Source: a virus
Lineage: Duplodnaviria > Caudoviricetes
Reading direction: 5' to 3' (one strand)
IMG/VR virus record: IMGVR_UViG_3300044953_000267
Coordinates: 1-62,568 of that record
Length of the DNA stretch: 62,568 nucleotides
Below the pieces are notes generated by a model. It searched no databases, was not told the origin of the DNA, and saw only the letters and a list, made by a program, of their open reading frames with translations. The position numbers were made by a program, and so were the translations under genes. How positions within the stretch are numbered: position 1 is the first letter of the stretch; each line of letters starts with the position of its first letter. Shown here piece after piece: positions 9,518 through 18,950 of this stretch.

Positions 9518-10573
9518 TTACTTCTTGATTCCGGCGAGACGTTGGAATCTGGAAGCCATCTCATTGGTATTTTCAACAATTACACCCTTGGATGGTTTAG
9601 TAGATGCAACTGCTTTGCTTGCCAAACCTTCGGTGATATTTTTTGCAACAGTATTGGTCTTCTTGACTGTTGATGCACCAGAACTTAATGATTCGGCTAA
9701 AATTGTATATGCATACTTGACTTCACGAATAGATGTAGCCAAGTCGAATTTTTCAACAATATTTAATTTTTGACTATTGTTTAAACTATATTGTTTGAAA
9801 AGTTTATTAGTATAAAGAAGTTTTGCATTCAACAAATTAATTTCATTAATTTGTTCACGCAAATATTCAATTACTTTGACGTGTTCTTGAAGTTCTTGAC
9901 GAAGACCGGCAACTTCATCATCATCAACAGTTTCTTCACCTTCTTCTTCACCTTCTTCTTCTTCTTCTTCTTCTTCTTCTTCTTCTTCTTCTTCTAATTG
10001 ACTCAATAGTTCTTCGAGATTAATTTCTACCATTTCTTCTTCTGCTTCAGCAACAGGAGGTTGTGGAGCAGGAGCAGGAGCGGGAGCAGGTTGTGCGGTA
10101 GCATAAATTGGAGGTACTGGAGGTACGGAAGCTACTGGAGCTTGTTGAGCCATAGGATCAACTGGAACAGCAGGAGGAACAACTGGAGCTTGTTGAGCCA
10201 TAGGATCAACAGGAGCAGGGGCAGGAACAGCAGGATTTTGTGCCATTTCTTCTTCTAATCCACGAAGAATTTCTTCTAAATCTTCACTTGTAATTTCTTC
10301 TGAAACTTCTTCTTCTTCATCAAAAGTTGCACCAGTTTCCAATCCTGCGTTGTGAGTTACACTTTTTTTTGCAGGAGCGGCAGTACCACTTCCATTCTTG
10401 GAACTATCCAATTCGTCCATTGATTCTGCTTGTAATTCTTCAGCAATCTTTTTTTCAAACATTCCAGTTACTTCACGCTTGAATGTTTCTTCCAATGCTA
10501 CTTTAGCATTTTCAATTGCCATTGCTTTGACTGCCTTTGCGTCAGCAATAGCTTCTTTTAATAGATTTGACAT
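9518..10573 (-). CDS. Prohead scaffold/core protein
   Basis: Directly upstream of MCP; acidic coiled coil, poly-Glu, C-terminal RFQRLAGIKK. Confidence 0.8.
   Translation of the reverse strand: MSNLLKEAIADAKAVKAMAIENAKVALEETFKREVTGMFEKKIAEELQAESMDELDSSKNGSGTAAPAKKSVTHNAGLETGATFDEEEEVSEEITSEDLEEILRGLEEEMAQNPAVPAPAPVDPMAQQAPVVPPAVPVDPMAQQAPVASVPPVPPIYATAQPAPAPAPAPQPPVAEAEEEMVEINLEELLSQLEEEEEEEEEEEEEEGEEEGEETVDDDEVAGLRQELQEHVKVIEYLREQINEINLLNAKLLYTNKLFKQYSLNNSQKLNIVEKFDLATSIREVKYAYTILAESLSSGASTVKKTNTVAKNITEGLASKAVASTKPSKGVIVENTNEMASRFQRLAGIKK
9953..9994 (-). repeat. (GAA)14 microsatellite encoding poly-Glu in scaffold
   Basis: Uninterrupted TTC run on the plus strand. Confidence 0.9.
10136..10210 (-). 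repeat. 48-nt-period duplication encoding PVDPMAQQAPV twice
   Basis: tggagcttgttgagccataggatcaac at 10136 and 10184. Confidence 0.85.
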
Positions 10574-10722
10574 ATTTTAATATTCCTTTGTTTCTGAAGT
10601 TATTGAGATTCAACTTCAATAAAAATGTTGGTTTTATGTGCGACAAAGGAAATGTCGTATTACTAAATAATAAATATAAATAAAAAATAAAAAATATCAA
10701 TTATTTTAATATATTTATTATC

Positions 10723-11196
10723 ATGGATCAAAATAAAAAAATAATACTAAAAAAGTATATTAAAAAAATATTGAAAGAATCACAAGCATTGCCTGTACAA
10801 TCTTCGGATGAAACAACAATATTATCACAATTAAGTCAAACAATATATAAACCATTTCCTATTGGCACACAAGAATTCGAAGCAATAAAACAATCAATAA
10901 AAAGTGTAAAGCCTGATAAATTTTCAGTAGATATTGAAAATAATACAGTTTCATTTACCATTTCTGGTACTTTTAAAAATTTTAATTGTACACTTAGAAA
11001 AATAATTAATCAAGGTAAACAAAATCAATTTAAATATGTATTGTGGAGGGTTCCATTTAAAGAAATGGAACAACTAGGTTCCGAAGAAAAAATTTATCCT
11101 GTATTTAGCGATGTATTTGATTCTAATATTAGTCCTCAAAATTTATTGTCGTTGATAACATCATTCACGAAAAAAGCGTTGCTAACAAATATATAA
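10723..11196 (+). CDS. Hypothetical protein with capsid-targeting-like leader
   Basis: ATG preceded by TATTTATT on plus strand; LKKYIKKILKE leader. Confidence 0.7.
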   Translation: MDQNKKIILKKYIKKILKESQALPVQSSDETTILSQLSQTIYKPFPIGTQEFEAIKQSIKSVKPDKFSVDIENNTVSFTISGTFKNFNCTLRKIINQGKQNQFKYVLWRVPFKEMEQLGSEEKIYPVFSDVFDSNISPQNLLSLITSFTKKALLTNI

Positions 11197-11206
11197 TACA
11201 AATAAT

Positions 11207-11587
11207 ATGAATAAAAAAATGTTCAATGTAAACAATAAACGTCATTCAGTTAACTATACAAACTTTAATAAATCCACTGCACATTTAAGAAGTGATTATC
11301 ATATTAAAGATCATGAAAATAATAAATATTATAAATTAGATGACTTTGATAATCCAAATGGATGGTCCATGCAAGATATTGATATGTTTAGTGGTATGGG
11401 ATTTAATATACAAGGAGATACGCATATGGAGTTGAATGTTCCCGGAGAAAATGATTCATATCGTTATACAGTTGCAATGCACAAAGATTTAGGACCGGAA
11501 TTAAAAATCAATGAAAGAAAACATTATTTTAAATCATTAGAACATATGATGAAAAAAATAGATGAACTTGGTAAATTAGATATATAA
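11207..11587 (+). CDS. Hypothetical protein
   Basis: Intact ORF tandem to 10723..11196, ending at a terminator. Confidence 0.7.
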   Translation: MNKKMFNVNNKRHSVNYTNFNKSTAHLRSDYHIKDHENNKYYKLDDFDNPNGWSMQDIDMFSGMGFNIQGDTHMELNVPGENDSYRYTVAMHKDLGPELKINERKHYFKSLEHMMKKIDELGKLDI

Positions 11588-11614
11588 AAAACCCCGCTAA
11601 AAAGCGGGGTTTTT
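11586..11614. terminator. Bidirectional intrinsic terminator between convergent genes
   Basis: AAAAAACCCCGCT-AAAA-AGCGGGGTTTTT. Confidence 0.9.
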
Positions 11615-11630
11615 AATTATCATGATAAAC

Positions 11631-12158
11631 TTACATGTTAAAGTAACGTTCTAATTTAATACCAGCTTCTTCATATAATGCTTCTGCTTCTTTAATTGGT
11701 TTATAGCATTTATCAAGAATTTTTGATATTTCAGTTGAAAGTTTCTTTAATTCTTTCATATCTCTTTGAAGAGTTACTCCTTCAAACCATTCACTAGTTT
11801 CGTTCAAACCATATTTTTCAGTCAATTCTGCGATGTAAGAAATCTTTTCTGCAACTGTTTTTAATTCATCGGCAGATTTAAAAGCATTTCTATAATGATT
11901 AAATTCTCTTACTAATTCTAGTAATTGACGTTTTTCTTGTGCGCTTAGTTTTTTTTGATTTACTTTAATAGGAGACCCAATAGGAGCAGGTGCAATTGGA
12001 CTACTTGTAGTAATAGGATGTCTATCTGGATGAACATCATTTGTTTTAACAGGAGCACCAACTGGTGCTGGTGCCTCTGGAGTATCAGAAACTGTATAAG
12101 CACCTTGTGCAAATTGAGATTCATCAATTTCTTCTAATATATTTTTTAAATTTATCAT
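11631..12158 (-). CDS. Hypothetical head-module protein
   Basis: MINLKNILEE leader, helical C-terminus, upstream TATTTATA. Confidence 0.65.
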   Translation of the reverse strand: MINLKNILEEIDESQFAQGAYTVSDTPEAPAPVGAPVKTNDVHPDRHPITTSSPIAPAPIGSPIKVNQKKLSAQEKRQLLELVREFNHYRNAFKSADELKTVAEKISYIAELTEKYGLNETSEWFEGVTLQRDMKELKKLSTEISKILDKCYKPIKEAEALYEEAGIKLERYFNM

Positions 12159-12261
12159 ATAATTATAAATATTATCAATTCTATAAACACATTAAATTGT
12201 TTTATTGTTTATATGTTTTTGTAAACTTTGCAGCACCAGTTTGTTTGAATCCACCCATTGC

Positions 12262-14568
12262 TTATTTTGAAGAACCACTGGTTTTATTATTTGGTTTTAC
12301 TGGTTCTTTTTGTTGTCCTTCTATTTTTACAGCAGTTCCTTTTGGAGTAATACCGAACCATGCAAATTGAACTTGTGTTCCCATTGCTTTGTAAGCACTC
12401 TTTACAAAAGCATCGATTGAACTTAATGATTTATTAAACGCAGCGTCGTTGATTAAATTTTTCCAAATAAACTTTTTGATTTGAGGAGTTAATTGTTCAA
12501 TAGTCATTCCACCAGAAGCTTGTGGGTTTTTTGCATACATATTAGCAAATACTTCTGCAAGTCTTGTTGAAAATATATATGTTAAAGTTTTTTTATCATT
12601 AGATAACACTTCAAATAACAAATCGTTTTTGTATTTTAGTGCAATTTTTTTAGATTGTTCATTTTCAAATACTTCAAATTTACCAATGCTTGGCATATTG
12701 AATTGAGCATATAAATCGATATTACCTGTATTTCTATTTAATCTAAATAATAACTTAGCTCCATTAGTTTTGACCACTCGATTTTTTTCTAACTCTTCTT
12801 TACCCATCACTTTATATTTTTGTGCTCCGAAAATTTCAAATGATGACGCAAGTGATTTTAATTTTAATCCGAGATCAACTTTGATATTTTGAGATAACTC
12901 TTGTGATGTGCTTGTTGGTGTAGTTGGTTTTACTGGAGATGCACCTTCACTACTTCCAGTTGCACCGACCAAATCATATTTATTCAAATAATCAAGAATA
13001 TCTTTAAAACGAGTTCCTTGACTTTGCATGAATTTAATTACATTAGCACGTCCTTTTTCAGTTCCTGCTCCACTTTGATTCAACATTTTTGAAAGATCAT
13101 CTAAGAAATCATTTAATGCAGCCAATTGATCTACTTCTAATTGCTTTGCTTCTTCCAATTTATTATCTACTTTTTTAAATTTAAAAGTATTATTTGATTG
13201 TTTTTCAAATATTACTGCATCTTCTCTTACAACTCCTCTTGCTCTATCAAATGCAACTCTTGCTTGTTGTGGAGTCAATGCAGATTTAAAACGTTTAGGG
13301 GATGCTTGAGTTGCTTGAGCATCTTGAGTGTACATTCCTTGATTAGGATCGTTTGAACTACCCGGAACAATTTGAGATTGATCAACATTTGCTGTTGCAG
13401 ACACATCAGAAGGTGTGCCAGTATCTGGATAAAGTTTATTTGGATTAGTTTGATCAAATGGATATGCGCCACCTGTATTTTGTGGATTGATTCTATTTCC
13501 TTGAGCATCATACTGATTAGTATCAGCATCATAATCATATCCTCCTTGACCTTTTAATTCTTCAGGAGAACTTGCGATTCTATTTCCTTGAGCATCATAC
13601 TGATTGGTATCAGTATCATAATTATATCCACCACTTGTCTTCAAATCTTCAGGAGCAACATATGGTTGAACTGCGGCAGCAGGAGATTTGCTTGGAAATT
13701 GTGCTTGCACACCTCCACCCAACATATTATGAACTGCATCTACACCTTTTTCAGCAGCAGTTGCAAGTAAATTAGTAACACTAAAACCAGTACCAGCAAG
13801 TGCTCCACCAGCAATTGCTCCACCAACACCTGACATCAAACTATCACCTGTTCCACGTCCTTGTATTTTTGCTAATACAGCATTACCAATTCCGTTAACT
13901 AATCCACCAACAACTTTAGCTGCAATAGGATTTCCTCCACTCACTCCAGCAGCAGCAACACCTGCACCAAATGCCAATGCACCCAATAAAAATTTAACTT
14001 TACCCGGATTTTGACGAATAGCTGTTAAAATCTTGTCTTTTAAACCTTTTGGTGCAGAAGTTTGTGCAACAATTTTTTCAGCTTGTTTTGGACTAGGAGT
14101 AGGAGACGGATCTTTTTTAGTTTTATCTTCAAGTCTATCTAATGCAATTTGTCCAGCCTTTACAACATTAGGAGCAGTGTTTGCTTGTTGCGGAAGTACA
14201 GAAGGACGATTAATTAATGGTTCAAATTTACGTTGAAAACTCTTAAATCTAGAAGCAATTCCAGCATCTTTGCTGTCGGATGTTTGAGTACCTAATCCGG
14301 TTACATTTTTTACTGCTTGAACTGCTCTAGAAAATCCTGCTTTTAAACGGTCAAAAAATGCTTCATCAATATCTTTACCTTCTGTAAGATATTGTTCAGA
14401 CATTACATTTACGTTGGCACCATATTCAGCACCTTCATCGTAACATTCTTTTAAAAACGATTGAAAAGAAGAATCTAACGACTTAAATTCAGTTGATTCT
14501 CTTAAAATATCAAAAGAAAGATCTGCTTTTAATTTTGCTTGTTCAAATATTAAATTATAGTTGCTCAT
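12262..14568 (-). CDS. Large hypothetical head-module protein (possible internal/ejection protein) with Gly/Ala-rich hydrophobic segment
   Basis: Likely start is ATG 14568 (the track's start at 14652 overlaps the protease); FLLGALAFGAGVAAAG...GVGGAIAGGALAG segment. Confidence 0.6.
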   Translation of the reverse strand: MSNYNLIFEQAKLKADLSFDILRESTEFKSLDSSFQSFLKECYDEGAEYGANVNVMSEQYLTEGKDIDEAFFDRLKAGFSRAVQAVKNVTGLGTQTSDSKDAGIASRFKSFQRKFEPLINRPSVLPQQANTAPNVVKAGQIALDRLEDKTKKDPSPTPSPKQAEKIVAQTSAPKGLKDKILTAIRQNPGKVKFLLGALAFGAGVAAAGVSGGNPIAAKVVGGLVNGIGNAVLAKIQGRGTGDSLMSGVGGAIAGGALAGTGFSVTNLLATAAEKGVDAVHNMLGGGVQAQFPSKSPAAAVQPYVAPEDLKTSGGYNYDTDTNQYDAQGNRIASSPEELKGQGGYDYDADTNQYDAQGNRINPQNTGGAYPFDQTNPNKLYPDTGTPSDVSATANVDQSQIVPGSSNDPNQGMYTQDAQATQASPKRFKSALTPQQARVAFDRARGVVREDAVIFEKQSNNTFKFKKVDNKLEEAKQLEVDQLAALNDFLDDLSKMLNQSGAGTEKGRANVIKFMQSQGTRFKDILDYLNKYDLVGATGSSEGASPVKPTTPTSTSQELSQNIKVDLGLKLKSLASSFEIFGAQKYKVMGKEELEKNRVVKTNGAKLLFRLNRNTGNIDLYAQFNMPSIGKFEVFENEQSKKIALKYKNDLLFEVLSNDKKTLTYIFSTRLAEVFANMYAKNPQASGGMTIEQLTPQIKKFIWKNLINDAAFNKSLSSIDAFVKSAYKAMGTQVQFAWFGITPKGTAVKIEGQQKEPVKPNNKTSGSSK
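13491..13651 (-). repeat. 87-nt tandem duplication (PE.LK..GGY.YD.DTNQYDAQGNRI x2)
   Basis: ttctatttccttgagcatcatactgatt at 13491 and 13578. Confidence 0.85.
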
Positions 14569-14569
14569 A

Positions 14570-15187
14570 TTATTTAATTTCTCCCAAAATGTCTCTGATA
14601 ATATTTTCCACTTTTTCCCATTTGTTTGAAATAGGATTTTTAACAAATTCAACTCCTTCTTGAATCGTTGATTGTGGCATCATGAATGCTCCTCTGGTAG
14701 ATGGATTACTAACAAAATCAAATGCGATCAATTCAAAGTCATCTTGAACTTCATCAGCACCTTCTGCCATTTTGCGTTTTACACTTCCAACTCCACGGCT
14801 ACTAATACCAACATTAATAGAACTTCTAAAAAGTTCTTTTAATATATTTCCACTTGGAGTAGGTAAAATTTCAACTGTTCCAATTAAATTATCACCTTCC
14901 CAATGTATTTCTACAACGTTATGACTTGCGTTTTGGAGATTTACAACACTTGATTCTGGATGATCTAATTCTCCTAAAGCTCTACGTTGTTTAATAAAAT
15001 TTTCAGTATATTTTACTACTTCTCTTTCCAATACATTTTTTGGATATACTCTACCATTTTGATTTTTTACATTGGCTCTTTGTAGAACTCCTTTAACAAT
15101 AAATGGACCTCCACTATTTGTCATTTCATTAATGATATCTCTACCGACTTCAAATGATATGCAATCTACGAGTAATTGTTTGTTCAT
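14570..15187 (-). CDS. Prohead maturation protease (T4 gp21-like)
   Basis: KNQNGRVYP, ALGELDHP, SH, GISSRGVGS, FDFVSNPS. Confidence 0.95.
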   Translation of the reverse strand: MNKQLLVDCISFEVGRDIINEMTNSGGPFIVKGVLQRANVKNQNGRVYPKNVLEREVVKYTENFIKQRRALGELDHPESSVVNLQNASHNVVEIHWEGDNLIGTVEILPTPSGNILKELFRSSINVGISSRGVGSVKRKMAEGADEVQDDFELIAFDFVSNPSTRGAFMMPQSTIQEGVEFVKNPISNKWEKVENIIRDILGEIK

Positions 15188-15190
15188 ATA

Positions 15191-15706
15191 TTATTTAAAT
15201 AAATTCTGTTGTTGAGGTTGTGATGCAACGGGTACAACTGGCTCAACTGGTTTTGGAGCTTTTTTTCTTTTAGAAATTTTTGGAGTAAATTGAGCACTTC
15301 CTAAAATTTTAATTCTATGATTTGGTTCTAAAAAATATTCTTTGTCATCTTCATCTTTGAAAACGACAACATATCTTTCATAGTAAAAATCAATACTGAC
15401 TGATTTTACATTAATAGTATAATCTTTTATTGGTTGACCGTATCCTTTACTTCCTCTCAATAATACTTTTTTGTTACCAACAATACTCATTAACTTATTT
15501 TGAAATAAATTTTTTGAGTTTTCAGTAAAAGAAGCTAGTGCTCTTTCAAAATTTGTAAAATCTAAACCAACATTATACTCTTGTCCTTGTTGTGCAGCAG
15601 GCGATACAGCAGCAGGAGGAGGAGCAGTAGGTGCAGATGGCATCACTTGTGATGGAACACCTGCATCTTCCCCTAATTTAATAAGTCTTTTTAAACTAAT
15701 AGGCAT
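15191..15706 (-). CDS. Hypothetical head-module protein
   Basis: Intact ORF in operon; ISLKRLIKLGE leader. Confidence 0.6.
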   Translation of the reverse strand: MPISLKRLIKLGEDAGVPSQVMPSAPTAPPPAAVSPAAQQGQEYNVGLDFTNFERALASFTENSKNLFQNKLMSIVGNKKVLLRGSKGYGQPIKDYTINVKSVSIDFYYERYVVVFKDEDDKEYFLEPNHRIKILGSAQFTPKISKRKKAPKPVEPVVPVASQPQQQNLFK

Positions 15707-15714
15707 AGTTTATA

Positions 15715-16116
15715 TTACTTTTTCAAACTTTGTTTGCGTGTTCTATACAAAAAATCCAATTCAGTTTCTGCATTTTGTAATGCATTTTTAATCTTTTCTA
15801 ATTTCTTAATGCGTACTTCTGGATCTAAAAGAGGATTCTTTTTACGTTTGGTAGGTTTGATCATTGGTTCATCATGTCCCTTTTTTTCTTCTGGTTCTTC
15901 TGTTGACTTTTTCTTTTCATCAATAGAACCAACAACTTTTGATCCCGGTAAACCAGCAGTTGGATTACTTACTTTACCAAACGCTTTTGGAGTCATATAC
16001 GATCCTGCGCTTGCACTGTTAGAAGTTTCCTTCATGTGTTTGCGAATAAGATCTTTGATTTTTTCTTTTAAATCTCCTACAATAAGTTTAGAATCTTTTT
16101 TCTTTATATTTTTCAT
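15715..16116 (-). CDS. Hypothetical head-module protein
   Basis: Intact ORF; LKEKIKDLIRKHMKE followed by AGSYMTPKAF. Confidence 0.6.
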   Translation of the reverse strand: MKNIKKKDSKLIVGDLKEKIKDLIRKHMKETSNSASAGSYMTPKAFGKVSNPTAGLPGSKVVGSIDEKKKSTEEPEEKKGHDEPMIKPTKRKKNPLLDPEVRIKKLEKIKNALQNAETELDFLYRTRKQSLKK

Positions 16117-16118
16117 AA

Positions 16119-16988
16119 TTAAGACAATTGTGTTTTTATTTCTTTTATCAACTCATATGACAATAAAAGAACCATGATTTGATTATCTTTTATATTTCTT
16201 GAAGGTTTAACTTTGTTGAGTTGCTTTATCGTTTCATTAATTTTAATCTTCATAACATCAGAATCTATTTTTTCCAACAAAGTATTCAATTCATTCTTGA
16301 TAGTTTCTACTTCAGTAGATACCATACTATTTAATGAATTAATATTAGTTATATTATTTATAAACTCTCTCAATAAACGCTTTTGATTACTATCAAGTTC
16401 TTGATATTTTTCATTTAAACTATCAACCATTATCTTATATGATAATAATCTAATATCTTCACTTTGTTTTTTATAGGTAGCAATCAATTCATCTGTGGAT
16501 TCAACAATTTTCTTCTTATTGCCACATAAATTTTCAGAAATACAGTTACGAGCTTGAACGATTTCTTTTACATCAAATTTTGTTTTATTATTTACATAAT
16601 CTTCAAATAATTTATATATAGATGCAAACAATCTATAATTTTTTAAATTTGATTTTAATAATGCATCGGCAGAATATACACTATTAATTTCCTTTATTAA
16701 ATTATATTTTTGTTCTACTAAAGTTTTGTTATTTATTTTTTCTCGTTGTTTGAGTGCGATTGTTATATATTTTTCGGCATGAGTTTCATCTTTGGCTCTT
16801 TCATTTACCAAAAAATTATATAATTGCCATTCACGTCCCAAATCTGTATTGGGAGAAAAATATTTAAAAAGAAGATTTTTTGCTGGAGAATTTTCATTTC
16901 CAGACAAAATATCTGAAGTCACTTGTCTCGTAAGCAATTCAAACAATAATCCAGTATTTTTAAACTTAGAATGTTTTGCTTTATGCAT
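16119..16988 (-). CDS. Hypothetical head-module protein (helical)
   Basis: KHSKFKNTGLLFELL N-terminus; between portal and protease. Confidence 0.65.
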   Translation of the reverse strand: MHKAKHSKFKNTGLLFELLTRQVTSDILSGNENSPAKNLLFKYFSPNTDLGREWQLYNFLVNERAKDETHAEKYITIALKQREKINNKTLVEQKYNLIKEINSVYSADALLKSNLKNYRLFASIYKLFEDYVNNKTKFDVKEIVQARNCISENLCGNKKKIVESTDELIATYKKQSEDIRLLSYKIMVDSLNEKYQELDSNQKRLLREFINNITNINSLNSMVSTEVETIKNELNTLLEKIDSDVMKIKINETIKQLNKVKPSRNIKDNQIMVLLLSYELIKEIKTQLS

Positions 16989-17065
16989 AATAATAGTCTA
17001 TTCCGTTAAAATATAAATATAATAAAAATGTGTAAAAATCATTTAAAAATGATATTCTCACAAAT

Positions 17066-18937
17066 TTACTCTATAATATTAGATTCATCTAAAAATGATT
17101 TGGGTGTTTCTACATTTTCAGTTATAATTTTTTTATCTTTTACATTCAAATACGTATTTAAGTGTTCAAAATTTAAAGGTCCGTTTGAAAATTTATGAGA
17201 AATTGGATTTTCAGTGGTAGTTTTGTTGGCTTTTCTAGTATTCTCAATATTTCCTAAAGGATCTTCTCCAAAAAGATAATCACTTGCTTTTTTACGCCCT
17301 GTTTGATCTCTCTTTTTTTCAGCAATTGGTTTTGGAGTTTCAGTTTCTCCTGCTGTTTTCTCTCCTTCTGGTGGAGTTCCCGTTTCACCACCTGTTTCTG
17401 GACCACTAGAAGCACCACCACCAGTTTCTTCATCTGGTTTTATTTTGTTATAAGGTTTTGCGGGATCAATACCTTCATCTTCTATTTGTTTTACTCTGTA
17501 ATTTTGTTTAGTATCATCAATAATGTCATTAGTTACAACTAATATATCATCATCACTCATATGGAACACATTTTCATATATCCATTTACGACTAAACATC
17601 TTACTTTCTAACATATCCTTAGAAAGACTGACTTTTTCTTGCCATACACTTACTTTTTCTTTTTCAAATATTGTTGATGGATTAGTCAAACTAATATCAA
17701 AATTGACTAATTCAGCATCTCTATATCCTTGAGAATATAAATGAACAATAGCAATCTTCTTTAATTCATTTACAATAAATTTTTGAACACGATGTACAGT
17801 TCTTGCAAAACGAACATCTTCTTGTGCTAATGTAGCTTTGCCACTTAAATCTTCTTCATATCCCAAGAATGCTTTTGGTATCTTAAGTGCTGCCATCATC
17901 TTGTTACGAAGATATTCAATATCATCAATTCCTGTAAATTCCATGCCGCTTAGTGGTTCTATGCTTGTGCCACTATCACTTCCACGAACAGGTAAATAAA
18001 AATCTTCAACCATGTTTTGAAGATTGAATCTTAAATTATAATCACCTGTTGTTTCATCAATATACGGTACTTTCTTCGTCTTGTTCATCAATCTTTCCAT
18101 GTATTGATCAACTTCATTAGGAGGAATATTACCAATATCAATCTTAAATATGCGTTTTTCGGGTGCTCTCATGATGCGATGTATCAACATAGCATCTTCC
18201 ATCAAACTTACTTGCTTCCATACTCTTCTACCACCCTCAATTATACTCTTACCGTATGGTAAGAAATTACTATCACTCAATAATCTAAAATGAGCAACTT
18301 CATAACTTTCTAATTCTTCAATTTTTCCTCCTTCAGGAAGATTAACTTGAAATTTTACATAATTTTTATTATTTAAATCACTATTTTCAACACGAGTTAC
18401 ATTATAACTACTTATTGGTTCAATCATGTATACCCCAAACTCAGGACTAATATATAATTTTAAATAAAAATCTCCATACTTGACCAAATTACGAGTCCAA
18501 CTCCAAAGATTAAACTCAATATTTAAAATATCATAGTATAAATTGTATAATATTTGTTTTATATTATCATTTTCACTTTTTACGGTCAACATTTCTCCCA
18601 TTTCATTATTAGTTAAACATTCATCTGCATAAATGTCTAAAGCAGAACTAATAATTGGATCCATATCCATCGTATCATAGTCTTTAAATAATTCGATACG
18701 ACTACTTTGATAACTTAAAGTAAAATCTCGACTATATTGATTATATGCACTAGTACGTATTCTATTGAATCTGTCTCTTAGAGTATTTCTATCAGTAGCA
18801 TAAGACAATTCATCTGTATCAATTATTTTTAATTTCTTACCGCCGATATTACGGACAATTACATCAGTGCTAAATAAGCGTTTTAACTTTGAAAAAAGTG
18901 AACGTTGTTTAAGCTCTTTAAATTCATCATTTGGCAT
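17066..18937 (-). CDS. Portal protein (T4 gp20-like)
   Basis: LMEDAMLIHRIMRAPEKRIFKIDIGN, EDFYLP.RG, DDIEYL..K...ALKIP. Confidence 0.95.
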   Translation of the reverse strand: MPNDEFKELKQRSLFSKLKRLFSTDVIVRNIGGKKLKIIDTDELSYATDRNTLRDRFNRIRTSAYNQYSRDFTLSYQSSRIELFKDYDTMDMDPIISSALDIYADECLTNNEMGEMLTVKSENDNIKQILYNLYYDILNIEFNLWSWTRNLVKYGDFYLKLYISPEFGVYMIEPISSYNVTRVENSDLNNKNYVKFQVNLPEGGKIEELESYEVAHFRLLSDSNFLPYGKSIIEGGRRVWKQVSLMEDAMLIHRIMRAPEKRIFKIDIGNIPPNEVDQYMERLMNKTKKVPYIDETTGDYNLRFNLQNMVEDFYLPVRGSDSGTSIEPLSGMEFTGIDDIEYLRNKMMAALKIPKAFLGYEEDLSGKATLAQEDVRFARTVHRVQKFIVNELKKIAIVHLYSQGYRDAELVNFDISLTNPSTIFEKEKVSVWQEKVSLSKDMLESKMFSRKWIYENVFHMSDDDILVVTNDIIDDTKQNYRVKQIEDEGIDPAKPYNKIKPDEETGGGASSGPETGGETGTPPEGEKTAGETETPKPIAEKKRDQTGRKKASDYLFGEDPLGNIENTRKANKTTTENPISHKFSNGPLNFEHLNTYLNVKDKKIITENVETPKSFLDESNIIE

Positions 18938-18950
18938 ATAGATATATATA

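Noticed and set aside
13491-13651. CRISPR-like or DGR template/variable repeat pair
   Set aside because: Two in-frame coding copies with no spacers, no adenine-specific pattern established, and no reverse transcriptase or cas gene in the window
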